32,000 nt of DNA, taken from assembly GCF_000195955.2 (NCBI RefSeq), contig NC_000962.3, positions 4,020,001 through 4,052,000 on the forward strand. Reading direction: 5' to 3'. The notes under the pieces are model-generated. The model ran no database searches. It was not told where the DNA came from and saw only the letters and a list, made by a program, of their open reading frames with translations. Position numbers and translations under genes: made by a program. How positions within the stretch are numbered: the stretch's first letter is position 1; each line of letters begins with the position of its first letter. Origin of the DNA: Mycobacterium tuberculosis H37Rv. GTDB lineage: Bacteria; Actinomycetota; Actinomycetes; Mycobacteriales; Mycobacteriaceae. Positions 23,041 to 32,000 of this stretch are shown here, one piece after another.

Positions 23041-23859
23041 TCAGCGCGCCGTCTTGAGCCGGCCGCGCTGGACTTCGAGGTTACGCTCGAACACCAGCCG
23101 CAGACCCTGCAAGGTCAGGTGCTGGTCGTAATGGTCGACGGTGTGCAATTCCGGCAGCAGCAGGGGCGCGGTATGCCCGGTAGCCACGATCGCGACATCG
23201 TGGTCGACGGAGAAACCGGACACGTCCTCGCGGATGCGGCCTACCAACCCGTCTACCAGCCCGGCGAAGCCGAACACCGCACCGGCTTGCATGCATTCGA
23301 CGGTGTTCTTGCCAACCACCGAACGTGGGCGGGCAAGTTCAACGCGGCGCAATGCCGCCGAGCGGGCCGCCGCGGCATCGGAAGACACCTGCACCCCGGG
23401 CGCGATGGCGCCGCCAAGAAATTCACCCTTGGCCGATACAACATCAACACAGATCGAGGATCCAAAGTCAACGACGATGGCGGCCTTCCGGAACCGGTCA
23501 TAGGCGGCCAAACAGTTCACGATGCGGTCTGCGCCCACTTCCTTCGGGTTGTCGACGAGCAAAGGGATCCCGGTGCGTACTCCGGGCTCGATCAGCACGT
23601 GCGGCACCGACGGCCAGTACTGGTCGAGCATTATCCGCACCTCGTGCAGCACGGACGGGACCGTGGACAAGGCGGCGGTACCGGTGAGCCGCTCGGAATC
23701 CTCGCCGATCAGCCCGTCGATCGTCAGTGCCAGTTCGTCGGCGGTGACTTCGGATTCGGTGCGTATCCGCCACTGCTGCACGACCTTTGCGTGCTCTTTC
23801 ATTCCGGACAGCAGGCCCACAACGGTGTGGGTGTTGCGGACGTCAATCGCCAGCAGCAC
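23041..23859 (-). CDS. coaX: Type III pantothenate kinase
   Basis: GTG 23859 gives 272 aa starting [17 protein letters not shown] (ASKHA phosphate-1 motif). The start lies 2 nt after the panD stop. The 501-aa ORF-track extension runs through panD and panC and is rejected. Confidence 0.92.
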
Positions 23860-23861
23860 GG

Positions 23862-24281
23862 CTATCCCACACCGAGCCGGGGGTCTAGCAGCTCGCCCGC
23901 GTTTTCGGGCACAAATGCCGGATCGTGGCCCATGTCGATCGGTTTGTTGTAAGCGTCGACAAACACGATCCGCGGCTGGTATGTGCGGGCCCGGGCGTCG
24001 TCCATCGTCGCGTACGCAATCAGAATCACCAGATCCCCCGGATGCACCAAGTGCGCGGCGGCACCGTTGATGCCAATCACACCACTGCCGCGTTCGCCGG
24101 TGATCGCGTAGGTGACCAGTCGAGCACCGTTGTCGATATCGACGATGGTTACCTGTTCGCCTTCCAGCAGGTCGGCGGCGTCCATCAAGTCGGCATCGAT
24201 GGTCACCGAGCCGACGTAGTGCAGGTCGGCGCAGGTCACCGTGGCGCGGTGGATCTTCGACTTCAGCATCGTCCGTAACAT
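23862..24281 (-). CDS. panD: Aspartate 1-decarboxylase
   Basis: ATG 24281 gives 139 aa, [16 protein letters not shown]..., with the pyruvoyl self-processing site HYVG/SVTID. The start shares 1 nt with the panC stop. Confidence 0.95.
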   Translation of the reverse strand: MLRTMLKSKIHRATVTCADLHYVGSVTIDADLMDAADLLEGEQVTIVDIDNGARLVTYAITGERGSGVIGINGAAAHLVHPGDLVILIAYATMDDARARTYQPRIVFVDAYNKPIDMGHDPAFVPENAGELLDPRLGVG

Positions 24282-25210
24282 CAGTTTCTCCAATGTGATT
24301 CGAGGATTGCCCGGTATCCGTCCGGGCGGTCGGTGCCGGCGAAAGTTCCGATTTCAATCGCAATGTTGTCCAGCAGCCTGGTGGTGCCAAGCCGGGCAGC
24401 AACCAGCAGCCGACCGGAACCGTTGAGCGGCATCGGGCCAAGCCCGATATCGCGCAGCTCCAGGTAGTCGACCGCCACGCCGGGTGCAGCGTCGAGCACC
24501 GCACGGGCGGCATCCAGCGCGGCCTGCGCGCCAGCCGTTGCCGCATGCGCTGCGGCCGTTAGCGCCGCCGAGAGCGCGACGGCCGCCGCACGCTGGGCCG
24601 GGTCCAGGTAGCGGTTGCGCGACGACATCGCCAGCCCGTCGGCTTCGCGCACGGTCGGCACGCCGACCACCGCGACATCGAGGTTGAAGTCCGCGACCAG
24701 CTGCCGGATCAGCACCAGCTGCTGGTAGTCCTTCTCACCGAAGAACACCCGATCCGGGCGCACGATCTGCAGCAGCTTTAGCACGACCGTCAGCACGCCG
24801 GCGAAATGGGTTGGCCGCGGGCCGCCCTCGAGTTCGGCGGCCAACGGACCGGGTTGCACGGTGGTGCGCAGGCCGTCGGGATACATCGCCGCGGTAGTTG
24901 GCGTGAAAGCGATTTCCACGCCTTCGGCCCGCAGTTGCGCCAGGTCGTCGTCCGGGGTGCGGGGATAGGCGTCGAGATCTTCCCCGGCACCGAATTGCAT
25001 CGGGTTGACGAAGATCGACACGACGACGACCGATCCGGGCACCCGCTTGGCCGCACGCACCAACGCGAGGTGGCCTTCGTGCAGCGCACCCATAGTAGGC
25101 ACCAACATCACTCGCCGGCCGGTGAGTCGCAGTGCGCGACTGACATCGGCGACATCCCCCGGTGCCGAGTACACATTGAGTTCACCGGGATGGAACGCAG
25201 GAATCGTCAT
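24281..25210 (-). CDS. panC: Pantothenate synthetase
   Basis: ATG 25210 gives 309 aa, [11 protein letters not shown]..., with the [10 protein letters not shown] (HxGH) motif. The start overlaps the upstream gene's stop (ATGA). Confidence 0.95.
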   Translation of the reverse strand: MTIPAFHPGELNVYSAPGDVADVSRALRLTGRRVMLVPTMGALHEGHLALVRAAKRVPGSVVVVSIFVNPMQFGAGEDLDAYPRTPDDDLAQLRAEGVEIAFTPTTAAMYPDGLRTTVQPGPLAAELEGGPRPTHFAGVLTVVLKLLQIVRPDRVFFGEKDYQQLVLIRQLVADFNLDVAVVGVPTVREADGLAMSSRNRYLDPAQRAAAVALSAALTAAAHAATAGAQAALDAARAVLDAAPGVAVDYLELRDIGLGPMPLNGSGRLLVAARLGTTRLLDNIAIEIGTFAGTDRPDGYRAILESHWRN

Positions 25211-26118
25211 GCCGTCAAAACCTCGACGACATCCGCGGGGGCGTGTGCGCGCTGCGCGGTCCGCAGCGCGTTTATCCGGTATGCCTGGGCCAGCGCTGCG
25301 TCGACGTCCGCGAGGGCCGCCAGATGATCCGCGACCGCTGCCGCATCGCCGCGGGCGACCGGTCCGGTGAGCGCGGCCTGTCCCCGCTGCAGCGTGTTCT
25401 CCAGCGCCGCTCTGGCCAGCGGCCCGACGATGCGCTCCACGATCCCGCCCGGCTGGTCGTCGACGGTTTGTTGGCCGAGCAGTTCCCCCCCGCTCAGGGC
25501 GGCCCGCAACGCCTCGAGCGCATCGGCCAGCACGGTGACGATGTGGTTGCTCGCATGGGCCAGCGCCGCGTGGTAGAGGATGCGGGCGTCTTCGCGCACA
25601 CAAAACGGCTCCCCGCCCATCTCAAGAACCAGTGACTGTCCGATCGCATACCCGACGTCGTCGGCCGCGGTGATCCCGAAGCAGGTATCCGGCAGCCGGC
25701 TGATGTCCTCGTCGGAGCCGGTGAAGGTCATCGCCGGGTGAATCGCCAATGGTATGCAGCCCTGTTGGGCTAGCGGCGCCAGAATGCCAATCCCGTTAGC
25801 TCCGGAGGTGTGCGCCACAATCGTTTGTGGCCGCACCGCCGAGGTGGCTGCCAGGCCGGATACCAGGCCGGCGAGTTCGCTGTCGGTGACCGCCAATAGC
25901 AGCAGCTCAGCGCTGGCCGCGACGTCCAGCGGTGGCAGCACCGGGGTATCAGGCAGCCGGCGCTGCGCGCGCCGCCGGGACGCATGAGAGATGGCGCTGC
26001 ACGCCACCACAACATGGTCGGCGCGCTGCAGCGCGACCCCTAGCGCGGTGCCGACCCGGCCAGCCGAGATGATCCCCACCTTGAGCCTGGCCGGACGCAA
26101 ACCGTCGAACCGCTCCAT
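25207..26118 (-). CDS. Rossmann-fold NAD(P)-binding protein with an Ala/Leu-rich C-terminal domain (Rv3603c-like; DUF2520-type from memory)
   Basis: ATG 26118 gives 303 aa, preceded by GAGG. The dinucleotide fingerprint is [14 protein letters not shown]. In-frame alternative starts exist at 26160 and 26208. Confidence 0.78.
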   Translation of the reverse strand: MERFDGLRPARLKVGIISAGRVGTALGVALQRADHVVVACSAISHASRRRAQRRLPDTPVLPPLDVAASAELLLLAVTDSELAGLVSGLAATSAVRPQTIVAHTSGANGIGILAPLAQQGCIPLAIHPAMTFTGSDEDISRLPDTCFGITAADDVGYAIGQSLVLEMGGEPFCVREDARILYHAALAHASNHIVTVLADALEALRAALSGGELLGQQTVDDQPGGIVERIVGPLARAALENTLQRGQAALTGPVARGDAAAVADHLAALADVDAALAQAYRINALRTAQRAHAPADVVEVLTA

Positions 26119-26185
26119 AGCAGACGGCCTCACAGGTTTCTTGGTTCGTTCCAGTCCCATGCCCGGGTACCGGACGGTCACCAAG

Positions 26186-26191
26186 ACTGTA
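26186..26191 (-). promoter_or_regulatory. Weak candidate -10 hexamer TACAGT for the Rv3603c-panC-panD-coaX unit
   Basis: A TANNNT hexamer lies in the 184-nt gap upstream. The predicted +1 is G at about 26179. Support comes only from the motif and its position. Confidence 0.2.
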
Positions 26192-26302
26192 GTCGATTTG
26201 CACGTCAAGACCCACCCGGGGCACTGCTGATTTGGTCACTACACCAACAGTGTCGGTTGCCGGCGGCAATCGGGCGGGTACACCCTGGCACAAGCGGCGC
26301 CG

Positions 26303-27496
26303 CTATTCACCGCGGCGGCGACGCCGGCCGCCTCCGGTCGACTCGACCTGAAGCCTCGCCATAAGGTCGGCGACCGACTGGCCGCCGGTTAGCGGGTCCC
26401 GCGCATGCAAACCACCGGAGTCATCCGGCGGCGTGTCCGCGGTGCGGTGCCGGCGTGTGGGCTCAGCAGGCGGCGGCGGGGCCATTGGAGGTGACGGCGG
26501 ACGCTCACCCGTCCCGGCACCGGAGCCGCCGATGTCATGGTCGCGGTGCTCCGCCGAATGACGCGACCGGCGACCGGATTCACCGTATTGTGCCGCGAGC
26601 TCGACGTAGGCGGGCGGATTGTAGGCCTGGTCTGCTGGGCTGGCATGCCGGGCGCGGCGCCGGCGCCCCGGCGGCGGGGCCGCCGGCGTGGTTTCGGGTT
26701 CGACGGATGCCCACTGGCTGCCAGGTGTTTCGGCAGGCAGCCACTGCCCGTGGCTGGTGACCGGCTGCCAGACTGGTCGCTCCTGTTGCGGCGGGAGCGG
26801 CGGGGGCCGGTGGCGCGGCTCGAATAACGGCTCAGGTTGCGGCGGTGGCGGAGCCTCATAATGCCGCGGTCCTCCGCTCACCGGTGGTACCCCCACCTCC
26901 GGCACATCGATGATCGAGGCCTCGTCGGTGCGGCTGGCGCCATCACCCCCGCGGACCGCCATAACCCGATCGCTGGATACCCAGTCCGCGGGAGGGCTCT
27001 CGCCATCGAGGGCACGCGCGGCCCTGGCCTCTTTCTCCACGGTCCCCAGCGCCGGACGGTGCTCGAGGTCGGCGTCGAACAAAATCTCCAGGCTGGTTCG
27101 CAGCGCGGCCAGTTCGGCCCGCAGGGCTGCTACCTCGTCGGCGGCCGGAGCGCGCAACTCCGAGGCCAGCTCGCGGCGCAGCTGAGATTCCAGGGTCAGC
27201 TCGTACTCCCGGCGCGCCGAAATCTCGCGATCCAACTGAAGGTCATAGACCAGCTTCAGGTCACGCACCCGGGCCTGATCCACGTCGCTTTGCCGGCGGT
27301 AAAGCACCGACACAAACGCACCCGCGACCGCCGCCCACAGCGCCAGCAGAACAGCGAGCTTGAGAAGTTCCACGCGATCGGTGAAAACCAATGCGGAACT
27401 GGCCCCAATCGCCAGGACCAGCAACGCCGTCAAAAGCACCCAACCCGGCCTGCGGCCGCCGCGCCGGACCCGGGCGCCGCGGGACAGAACGGTCAT
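26303..27496 (-). CDS. Membrane protein with two N-terminal TM helices, a coiled-coil-like region and a long Pro/Arg-rich low-complexity tail (Rv3604c-like)
   Basis: ATG 27496 gives 397 aa, MTVLSRGARVRRGGRRPGWVLLTALLVLAIGASSALVF... A TANNNT hexamer lies exactly 6 nt upstream. The 492-aa ORF-track extension is rejected. Confidence 0.75.
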   Translation of the reverse strand: MTVLSRGARVRRGGRRPGWVLLTALLVLAIGASSALVFTDRVELLKLAVLLALWAAVAGAFVSVLYRRQSDVDQARVRDLKLVYDLQLDREISARREYELTLESQLRRELASELRAPAADEVAALRAELAALRTSLEILFDADLEHRPALGTVEKEARAARALDGESPPADWVSSDRVMAVRGGDGASRTDEASIIDVPEVGVPPVSGGPRHYEAPPPPQPEPLFEPRHRPPPLPPQQERPVWQPVTSHGQWLPAETPGSQWASVEPETTPAAPPPGRRRRARHASPADQAYNPPAYVELAAQYGESGRRSRHSAEHRDHDIGGSGAGTGERPPSPPMAPPPPAEPTRRHRTADTPPDDSGGLHARDPLTGGQSVADLMARLQVESTGGGRRRRRGE

Positions 27497-27502
27497 GGCC
27501 TG

Positions 27503-27508
27503 ACTGTA
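27503..27508 (-). promoter_or_regulatory. Candidate -10 hexamer TACAGT positioned for a leaderless transcript starting at ATG 27496
   Basis: The minus strand reads TACAGT-caggcc-ATG, with a 6-nt spacer. Confidence 0.4.
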
Positions 27509-27704
27509 CCCGGGCGAGGTCAATCCGCGTGTCGCGCCGGTCCGGCGATTCCCGCATGGCTTAGCCGGGTAGGCAGTTCGGCCAAATTCGCCGCGTAGAC
27601 AACCCCGCATTCCGGGTCGGCCGCCCGGCCAGCAACGTCGACGACCGACGCCCATCGCCGGTTCGGCCATGGCCGACGCAGCGCGCGGCACCGTCGGGTG
27701 TGGG

Positions 27705-28181
27705 CTAGCTTTCCGCGCCGTCGGCGTGCTCGGTCGGATCCTGCGGAGACTTGCAGCAATGTTGCAGCCAAAGCGCGGCAACCACCAACGCTAGCGCGCT
27801 GCCCGCCGCCACCACCGTGCCAGTGGTGTCCTCGGCGGCCGCCCGCAGCCATGACCGCCGCGGCAGGAAGTACGCCAGCACCCCGATCCACCACCCCGTC
27901 ACCAGCGCACCCACCCAGGCCGAGGCCTTGGCTACCATCAAGCTGCGCGCCACCACAAGCGGGTGCAGCCAGCCGGGCCCGTCTCCGATCTCGCCATCGC
28001 TGATCTTGACCCGCACGTAGCGAGCCCACAACGCCTCGGCGACCGCGACCGCGAGCAAGGACAAGCCCGTCCACACCGTGATCGGCGGAAACCACCGGTA
28101 AAGCACCGCCACCAACAGATATCCCACCGCCGCGGCGCCGACCACCGCGGCGGTCAGATCACGTTTTCGGGTCGGTCCCAT
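27705..28181 (-). CDS. Small integral membrane protein with about 4 TM helices (Rv3605c-like; DUF3180-type from memory)
   Basis: 158 aa with four hydrophobic segments. Its ATG shares 1 nt with the folK stop (TGATG). Confidence 0.8.
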   Translation of the reverse strand: MGPTRKRDLTAAVVGAAAVGYLLVAVLYRWFPPITVWTGLSLLAVAVAEALWARYVRVKISDGEIGDGPGWLHPLVVARSLMVAKASAWVGALVTGWWIGVLAYFLPRRSWLRAAAEDTTGTVVAAGSALALVVAALWLQHCCKSPQDPTEHADGAES

Positions 28182-28747
28182 CAGCTTTCCGGTGCCCGAC
28201 TGACGGGGTGTCTGCTATTCAGATCGAACGACGGCCTAAACAACCGCACACTGTCGCGGTCGGCGGGCTCCAGCTCGGCCAGCAGTCGCGTGACGGGCCG
28301 CGGGCACCCGGCAACCGTCAGCTGCGCCGTTGGGTCGACGGCAATCCACGGGATCAACACAAAGGCCCGCAGATGCGCCAGTGGGTGCGGCAGCGTGAGG
28401 TGGTTCTCCCGCGCGGTCACTTCGACCAGAGCCTCGGTGGCCGAGGTCTGGTAGCAGGCGATCAGGTCGACGTCGAGATTTCGTGGACCCCAGCGCTGGC
28501 CACGCACCCTGCCCGCAGCGCGCTCGAACTCCTGCGCCCGCCGCAGCCACTCCCGCGGTTCGCAGGTAGGATCGTCGGCGATCAGCACCGCATTGAGGAA
28601 CTGCCCCTGCTCCACCCCACCCCAGGGGTCGGCCTCATATATCGGGGAAGCCGCAATCAACGCATCGCCGAGACCGTCGGCGACCGACCGCAATCGTGCC
28701 AGGCGGTCACCCAGGTTGGAGCCAACCGAGAGCACTACCCGCGTCAT
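28181..28747 (-). CDS. folK: 6-hydroxymethyl-7,8-dihydropterin pyrophosphokinase
   Basis: ATG 28747 gives 188 aa, [17 protein letters not shown]... (HPPK N-terminal signature). The start overlaps the folB stop (ATGA). Confidence 0.93.
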
Positions 28748-29145
28748 ACCGCGCCGCCCGCCGGGACTACCCAACCGCGGCCGCCGCGCCGTGAGCGTCG
28801 GATCACCACCGCCACATCGTCGAACGTCTGCGGAATGGGCGCCTGCGGCTTGTGTACCGCCACCTCAACGGCATGCACTCGCTGGTCGTCCATCACGTGA
28901 TCAGCGATCTCGGCCCCGACCGTTTCGATCAGCTTCCGCGGGGGTCCGGCGACGATCTCGGCCGCCCGCGAAGCCAGCCGCACGTAGTCATAGGTGTCGG
29001 CCAAGTCGTCGCTGTTGGCGGCCTCGGCCAGGTCTATCCACACGGTGACATCGATGACAAACCGCTGCCCGGCCACTCGCTCGTGGTCGTAGACCCCGTG
29101 CCGACCATGCACGGTCAGGCCGCGCAGTTCGATTCGGTCAGCCAT
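28744..29145 (-). CDS. folB: Dihydroneopterin aldolase
   Basis: 133 aa, [23 protein letters not shown]... The start overlaps the folP 3' end by 8 nt. Confidence 0.95.
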
Positions 29146-29980
29146 CGCGTTCTATCCTTTCCGCTCCCATCCACGCTTCGACCACCTTGATGGCATCGAC
29201 CGAGGCCCGCACATCATGCACCCGCACACCCCAGGCCCCGTGCAGTGCGGCCAGCGCGGAAATCACCGCCGTCGCGGTGTCACGCCCATCGGTTGGCCGC
29301 ATCACGCCGTCGGGCCCGGCCAACAACGCACCGAGGAAGCGCTTGCGCGAAGCACCCACCAGCACTGGGATTCCGGTCGCGACCAGTTCCGGAAGGGCAT
29401 GCAAGATCGCCCAATTATGTTGCGCCGTCTTGGCGAATCCAAGCCCGGGATCGAGCACCAGCCTTGCCGGGTCGACGCCTGCGGCCACCGCGTCGGCGAC
29501 GCTGGCCAGCAGGTCGGCACGGACCTCGGCCACCACGTTGCCGTAGCGCACAGGCACATGCGGGGTATCGGCCGATACCGCCCGCCAGTGCATCAACACC
29601 CACGGCACATCGGCCTCGGCCAACAGCGGCCCCATCGCCGGATCGGCCCGCCCACCCGACACGTCGTTGACCATCTGGGCACCGTTCTGCAACGCCGCCC
29701 GAGCGACATCCGCGCGCATGGTATCGATGCTGACGGTGATGCCTTGTGCTGCAAGCTCTTTGACGACGGGTATGACACGAGACGTCTCCACCGCCGGGTC
29801 AACCCGAGTGGCACCGGGCCGGCTCGACTCACCACCGACGTCGACGATGCCCGCACCTGCGGCTGCCATCGCCAGACCGTGCTTCACCGCATCGTCGAGA
29901 TCGAGATAACACCCGCCGTCCGAGAAAGAGTCGTCCGTGACGTTTAGAACCCCCATCACCTGCACGGGCGCCGGACTCAC
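29138..29980 (-). CDS. folP: Dihydropteroate synthase
   Basis: GTG 29980 gives 280 aa, [23 protein letters not shown]..., with the [10 protein letters not shown] motif. The start overlaps the folE stop (GTGA). The 320-aa extension is rejected. Confidence 0.95.
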
Positions 29981-30585
29981 TTCCGCAAAATGAGGTCGAG
30001 CGCTTCGGCTCGAGAAGCGGCATTGGTTTTGAACAGTCCGCGCACCGCCGACGTAGTGGTGACCGAGCCGGGCTTGCGAACCCCGCGCATCGCCATGCAC
30101 AGATGCTCAGCCTCGATCACCACGATTACCCCGCGTGGATCGAGTTTTTTCATCAGGGCATCGGCGATCTGACTGGTGAGCCGCTCCTGGACCTGAGGTC
30201 GCTTGGCGTACAGATCGACCAGTCGCGCGATCTTTGACAAGCCGGTCACCCTGCCGTCGTCGCCCGGGATGTAGCCGACGTGGGCCACACCGTGGAACGC
30301 CACCAGGTGGTGTTCGCAGGTGGAGTACATAGGGATTTCCTTGACCAACACCAGCTCGTCGTGGTCTTCGTCGAACATGGTGTTCAACACCGAGTCGGGG
30401 TCGGTGTAGAGCCCGGCGAACATTTCGCGGTATGACCGGGCAACCCGGGACGGGGTGGCTACCAAGCCGTCCCTATCCGGATCCTCGCCGATCGCGTACA
30501 GCAATTCGCGCACCGCGGCCTCGGCACGTTGCTGGTCGAACACACGGATACGAGCAGATGCGCTGCGCGAATCCAGCTGCGACAT
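29977..30585 (-). CDS. folE: GTP cyclohydrolase I
   Basis: 202 aa with zinc-site motif [12 protein letters not shown] lies 7 nt upstream of the ATG, and the start is 15 nt after the ftsH stop. Confidence 0.97.
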
Positions 30586-30600
30586 CGAATGCTCCGTTCG

Positions 30601-32000
30601 TCAGCCGTGGGCCGGCTTGGTCCGACTGACCTCGTCATCCTGCTCCGCCGAGGACTCATCGGAACCCGGATCGGCTTGACCGGTCGGGTAGGGCTGACCC
30701 GGATACGTCGGTGCCGGTTCACCGCTATAGCTGGGCCGATGAGATGACCTTGGGGGCCATCCCGGCGCATGCCAGCCCGCCGGGGCACCGTAGTCAGGCT
30801 GGGTGGAGCCGTACTGGCGGTCACCGGACCGGTGGGTGCCGGCGGGCGAACCGTTGGCGCCGTGCCCGGTTTGGCCGGCGTCGGACCGGGCGGCCTCAGC
30901 GGCTTGGGTAGCCTGCGCAATCGCCGCCTTGAACGCCGGCTCGGGGACCGGCTGGGGCCAAGGTTCGCCGCGTTCGATCGCGAGCTCGCCGGGTGTCTTG
31001 ATGGGCGGTTTGTCCGACGGGATCCGGCCACCGAAGTCGTCGAACATGGTGAGCCGCGGCCGCTTTTCGACGTCAGCGAAGATGCTTTCCAGCTCGGGTC
31101 GGTGCAGGGTCTCCTTTTCCAGCAGCTCGCCGGCCAAAGTGTCCAGCACGTCGCGGTATTCGGTCAGGATTTCCCACGCTTCGGTATGCGCCGCCTCGAT
31201 AAGCTTGCGGACCTCTTCGTCGATCTCGCGGGCGACCTCGTGGGAGTAGTCCGGCTGGGTGCCCATGGTACGTCCGAGGAACGGGTCGCCGTGTTCGGAG
31301 CCGTATTTGACCGCGCCCAGCTTGGAGCTCATTCCAAATTCGGTGACCATTGAGCGCGCTATCTTGGTGGCCTGCTCGATGTCGGACACCGCGCCGGTGG
31401 TCGGCTCACGAAACACCAGTTCTTCGGCGGCGCGCCCACCCATCGCGAACACCAGTTGCGCGATCATTTCCGAGCGGGTCCGCAGGCCCTTGTCTTCTTC
31501 CGGCACCGCCACCGCGTGCCCGCCGGTACGCCCGCGCGCCAGGATCGTCACCTTATAAATCGGCTCGATATCGGGCATCGCCCAAGCGGCCAGGGTGTGC
31601 CCGCCCTCGTGATAGGCGGTGATCTTCTTCTCCTGCTCGCTGATGATCCGGCCTTTGCGGCGCGGGCCGCCGATCACCCGGTCCACCGCTTCCTCGAGGG
31701 CGGGACCGGTGATGACGGTGCCGTTCTCCCGGGCGGTCAGCAGCGCCGCCTCGTTGATGACGTTGGCCAGGTCGGCTCCGGTCATGCCGACGGTCCGCTT
31801 GGCCAGTCCGTCGAGGTCGGCGTCCGCGGCCATCGGCTTGCCCTTGGAGTGCACGCGCAGCACCGCCCGCCGACCCGCCAGATCGGGGTTGGATACCGGG
31901 ATCTGGCGGTCGAAGCGGCCCGGCCGCAACAGCGCCGGGTCCAGGATGTCGGGCCGGTTGGTGGCCGCGATCAGGATGACGCCGGCGCGATCGCCAAAAC
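30601..32000 (-). CDS. ftsH: ATP-dependent zinc metalloprotease FtsH (C-terminal ~466 codons; 5' part lies beyond the window)
   Basis: The frame is open to the window edge. It encodes the AAA+ second region of homology (...[26 protein letters not shown]), the HEGGH zinc motif and a long Pro/Gly/Gln-rich C-terminal tail. The ORF-track 'M' at 31929 is an internal Leu codon. Confidence 0.97.

Noticed and set aside
23860-24546. N-terminal extension making coaX a 501-aa ORF
   Set aside because: The extension runs out of frame through panD and the 3' end of panC and is Arg/Pro-rich nonsense. The GTG at 23859 gives the canonical type III PanK N-terminus, 2 nt after the panD stop.
25211-25603. N-terminal extension making panC a 440-aa ORF
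   Set aside because: It overlaps the upstream Rossmann gene in another frame and is Arg/Gly-rich low complexity. ATG 25210 gives the canonical PanC N-terminus and ATGA coupling.
27663-27676. 14-bp palindrome TCGGCCATGGCCGA in the Rv3605c-Rv3604c gap
   Set aside because: About two perfect 14-bp palindromes are expected by chance in 32 kb (more with GC bias), and there is no supporting context.
29981-30100. 40-codon N-terminal extension of folP (320-aa ORF)
   Set aside because: It overlaps the folE 3' end. GTG 29980 gives the known DHPS N-terminus ([18 protein letters not shown]) and GTGA coupling.

Overview
High-GC (about 65%) actinobacterial chromosome. I recognise it as Mycobacterium tuberculosis complex core genome, the block I recall as H37Rv Rv3577' to Rv3610c' (ftsH). 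This assignment is from memory; a BLAST would confirm it, although ORF lengths and motifs all fit. About 31 tightly packed protein genes are present. Left to right they are: an unknown 3' gene end, arsB2 (+), then on the minus strand an rlmB-like methyltransferase, cysS, ispF, ispD and carD. Next come lpqE-radA-disA (+), an Rv3587c-like membrane protein and canB (-), and mutY (+). A block bracketed by PE_PGRS58 and PE_PGRS59 holds an alpha/beta hydrolase, mhuD, lpqF and a phage-type peptidoglycan amidase. A 14-gene minus-strand run follows: clpC1, lsr2, lysS, coaX, panD, panC, a Rossmann/DUF2520 protein, two uncharacterised membrane proteins, folK, folB, folP, folE and ftsH (5'-truncated by the window edge). 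I see no rRNA, tRNA, CRISPR array, IS element, integrase or obvious defence or toxin-antitoxin module. I do not find a convincing new multi-gene system. The observations most worth follow-up are these. (1) An identical 18-nt element sits on the start codons of cysS and lysS. (2) A perfect 60-bp palindrome is shared by the convergent arsB2 and methyltransferase genes. (3) Four genes have a TANNNT hexamer exactly 6 nt upstream of the start codon, the leaderless architecture. (4) canB and mutY are divergent with interlocked ATGs (GCATGC). (5) A perfect GTTCGC-N5-GCGAAC ClgR-type box lies upstream of clpC1. (6) Uncharacterised membrane genes are translationally wired into the folate-pantothenate gene string. 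(7) A lineage-specific, PE_PGRS-bracketed insertion sits inside an ancient Gram-positive synteny block. Most long extra ORFs in the six-frame track are high-GC shadow ORFs.
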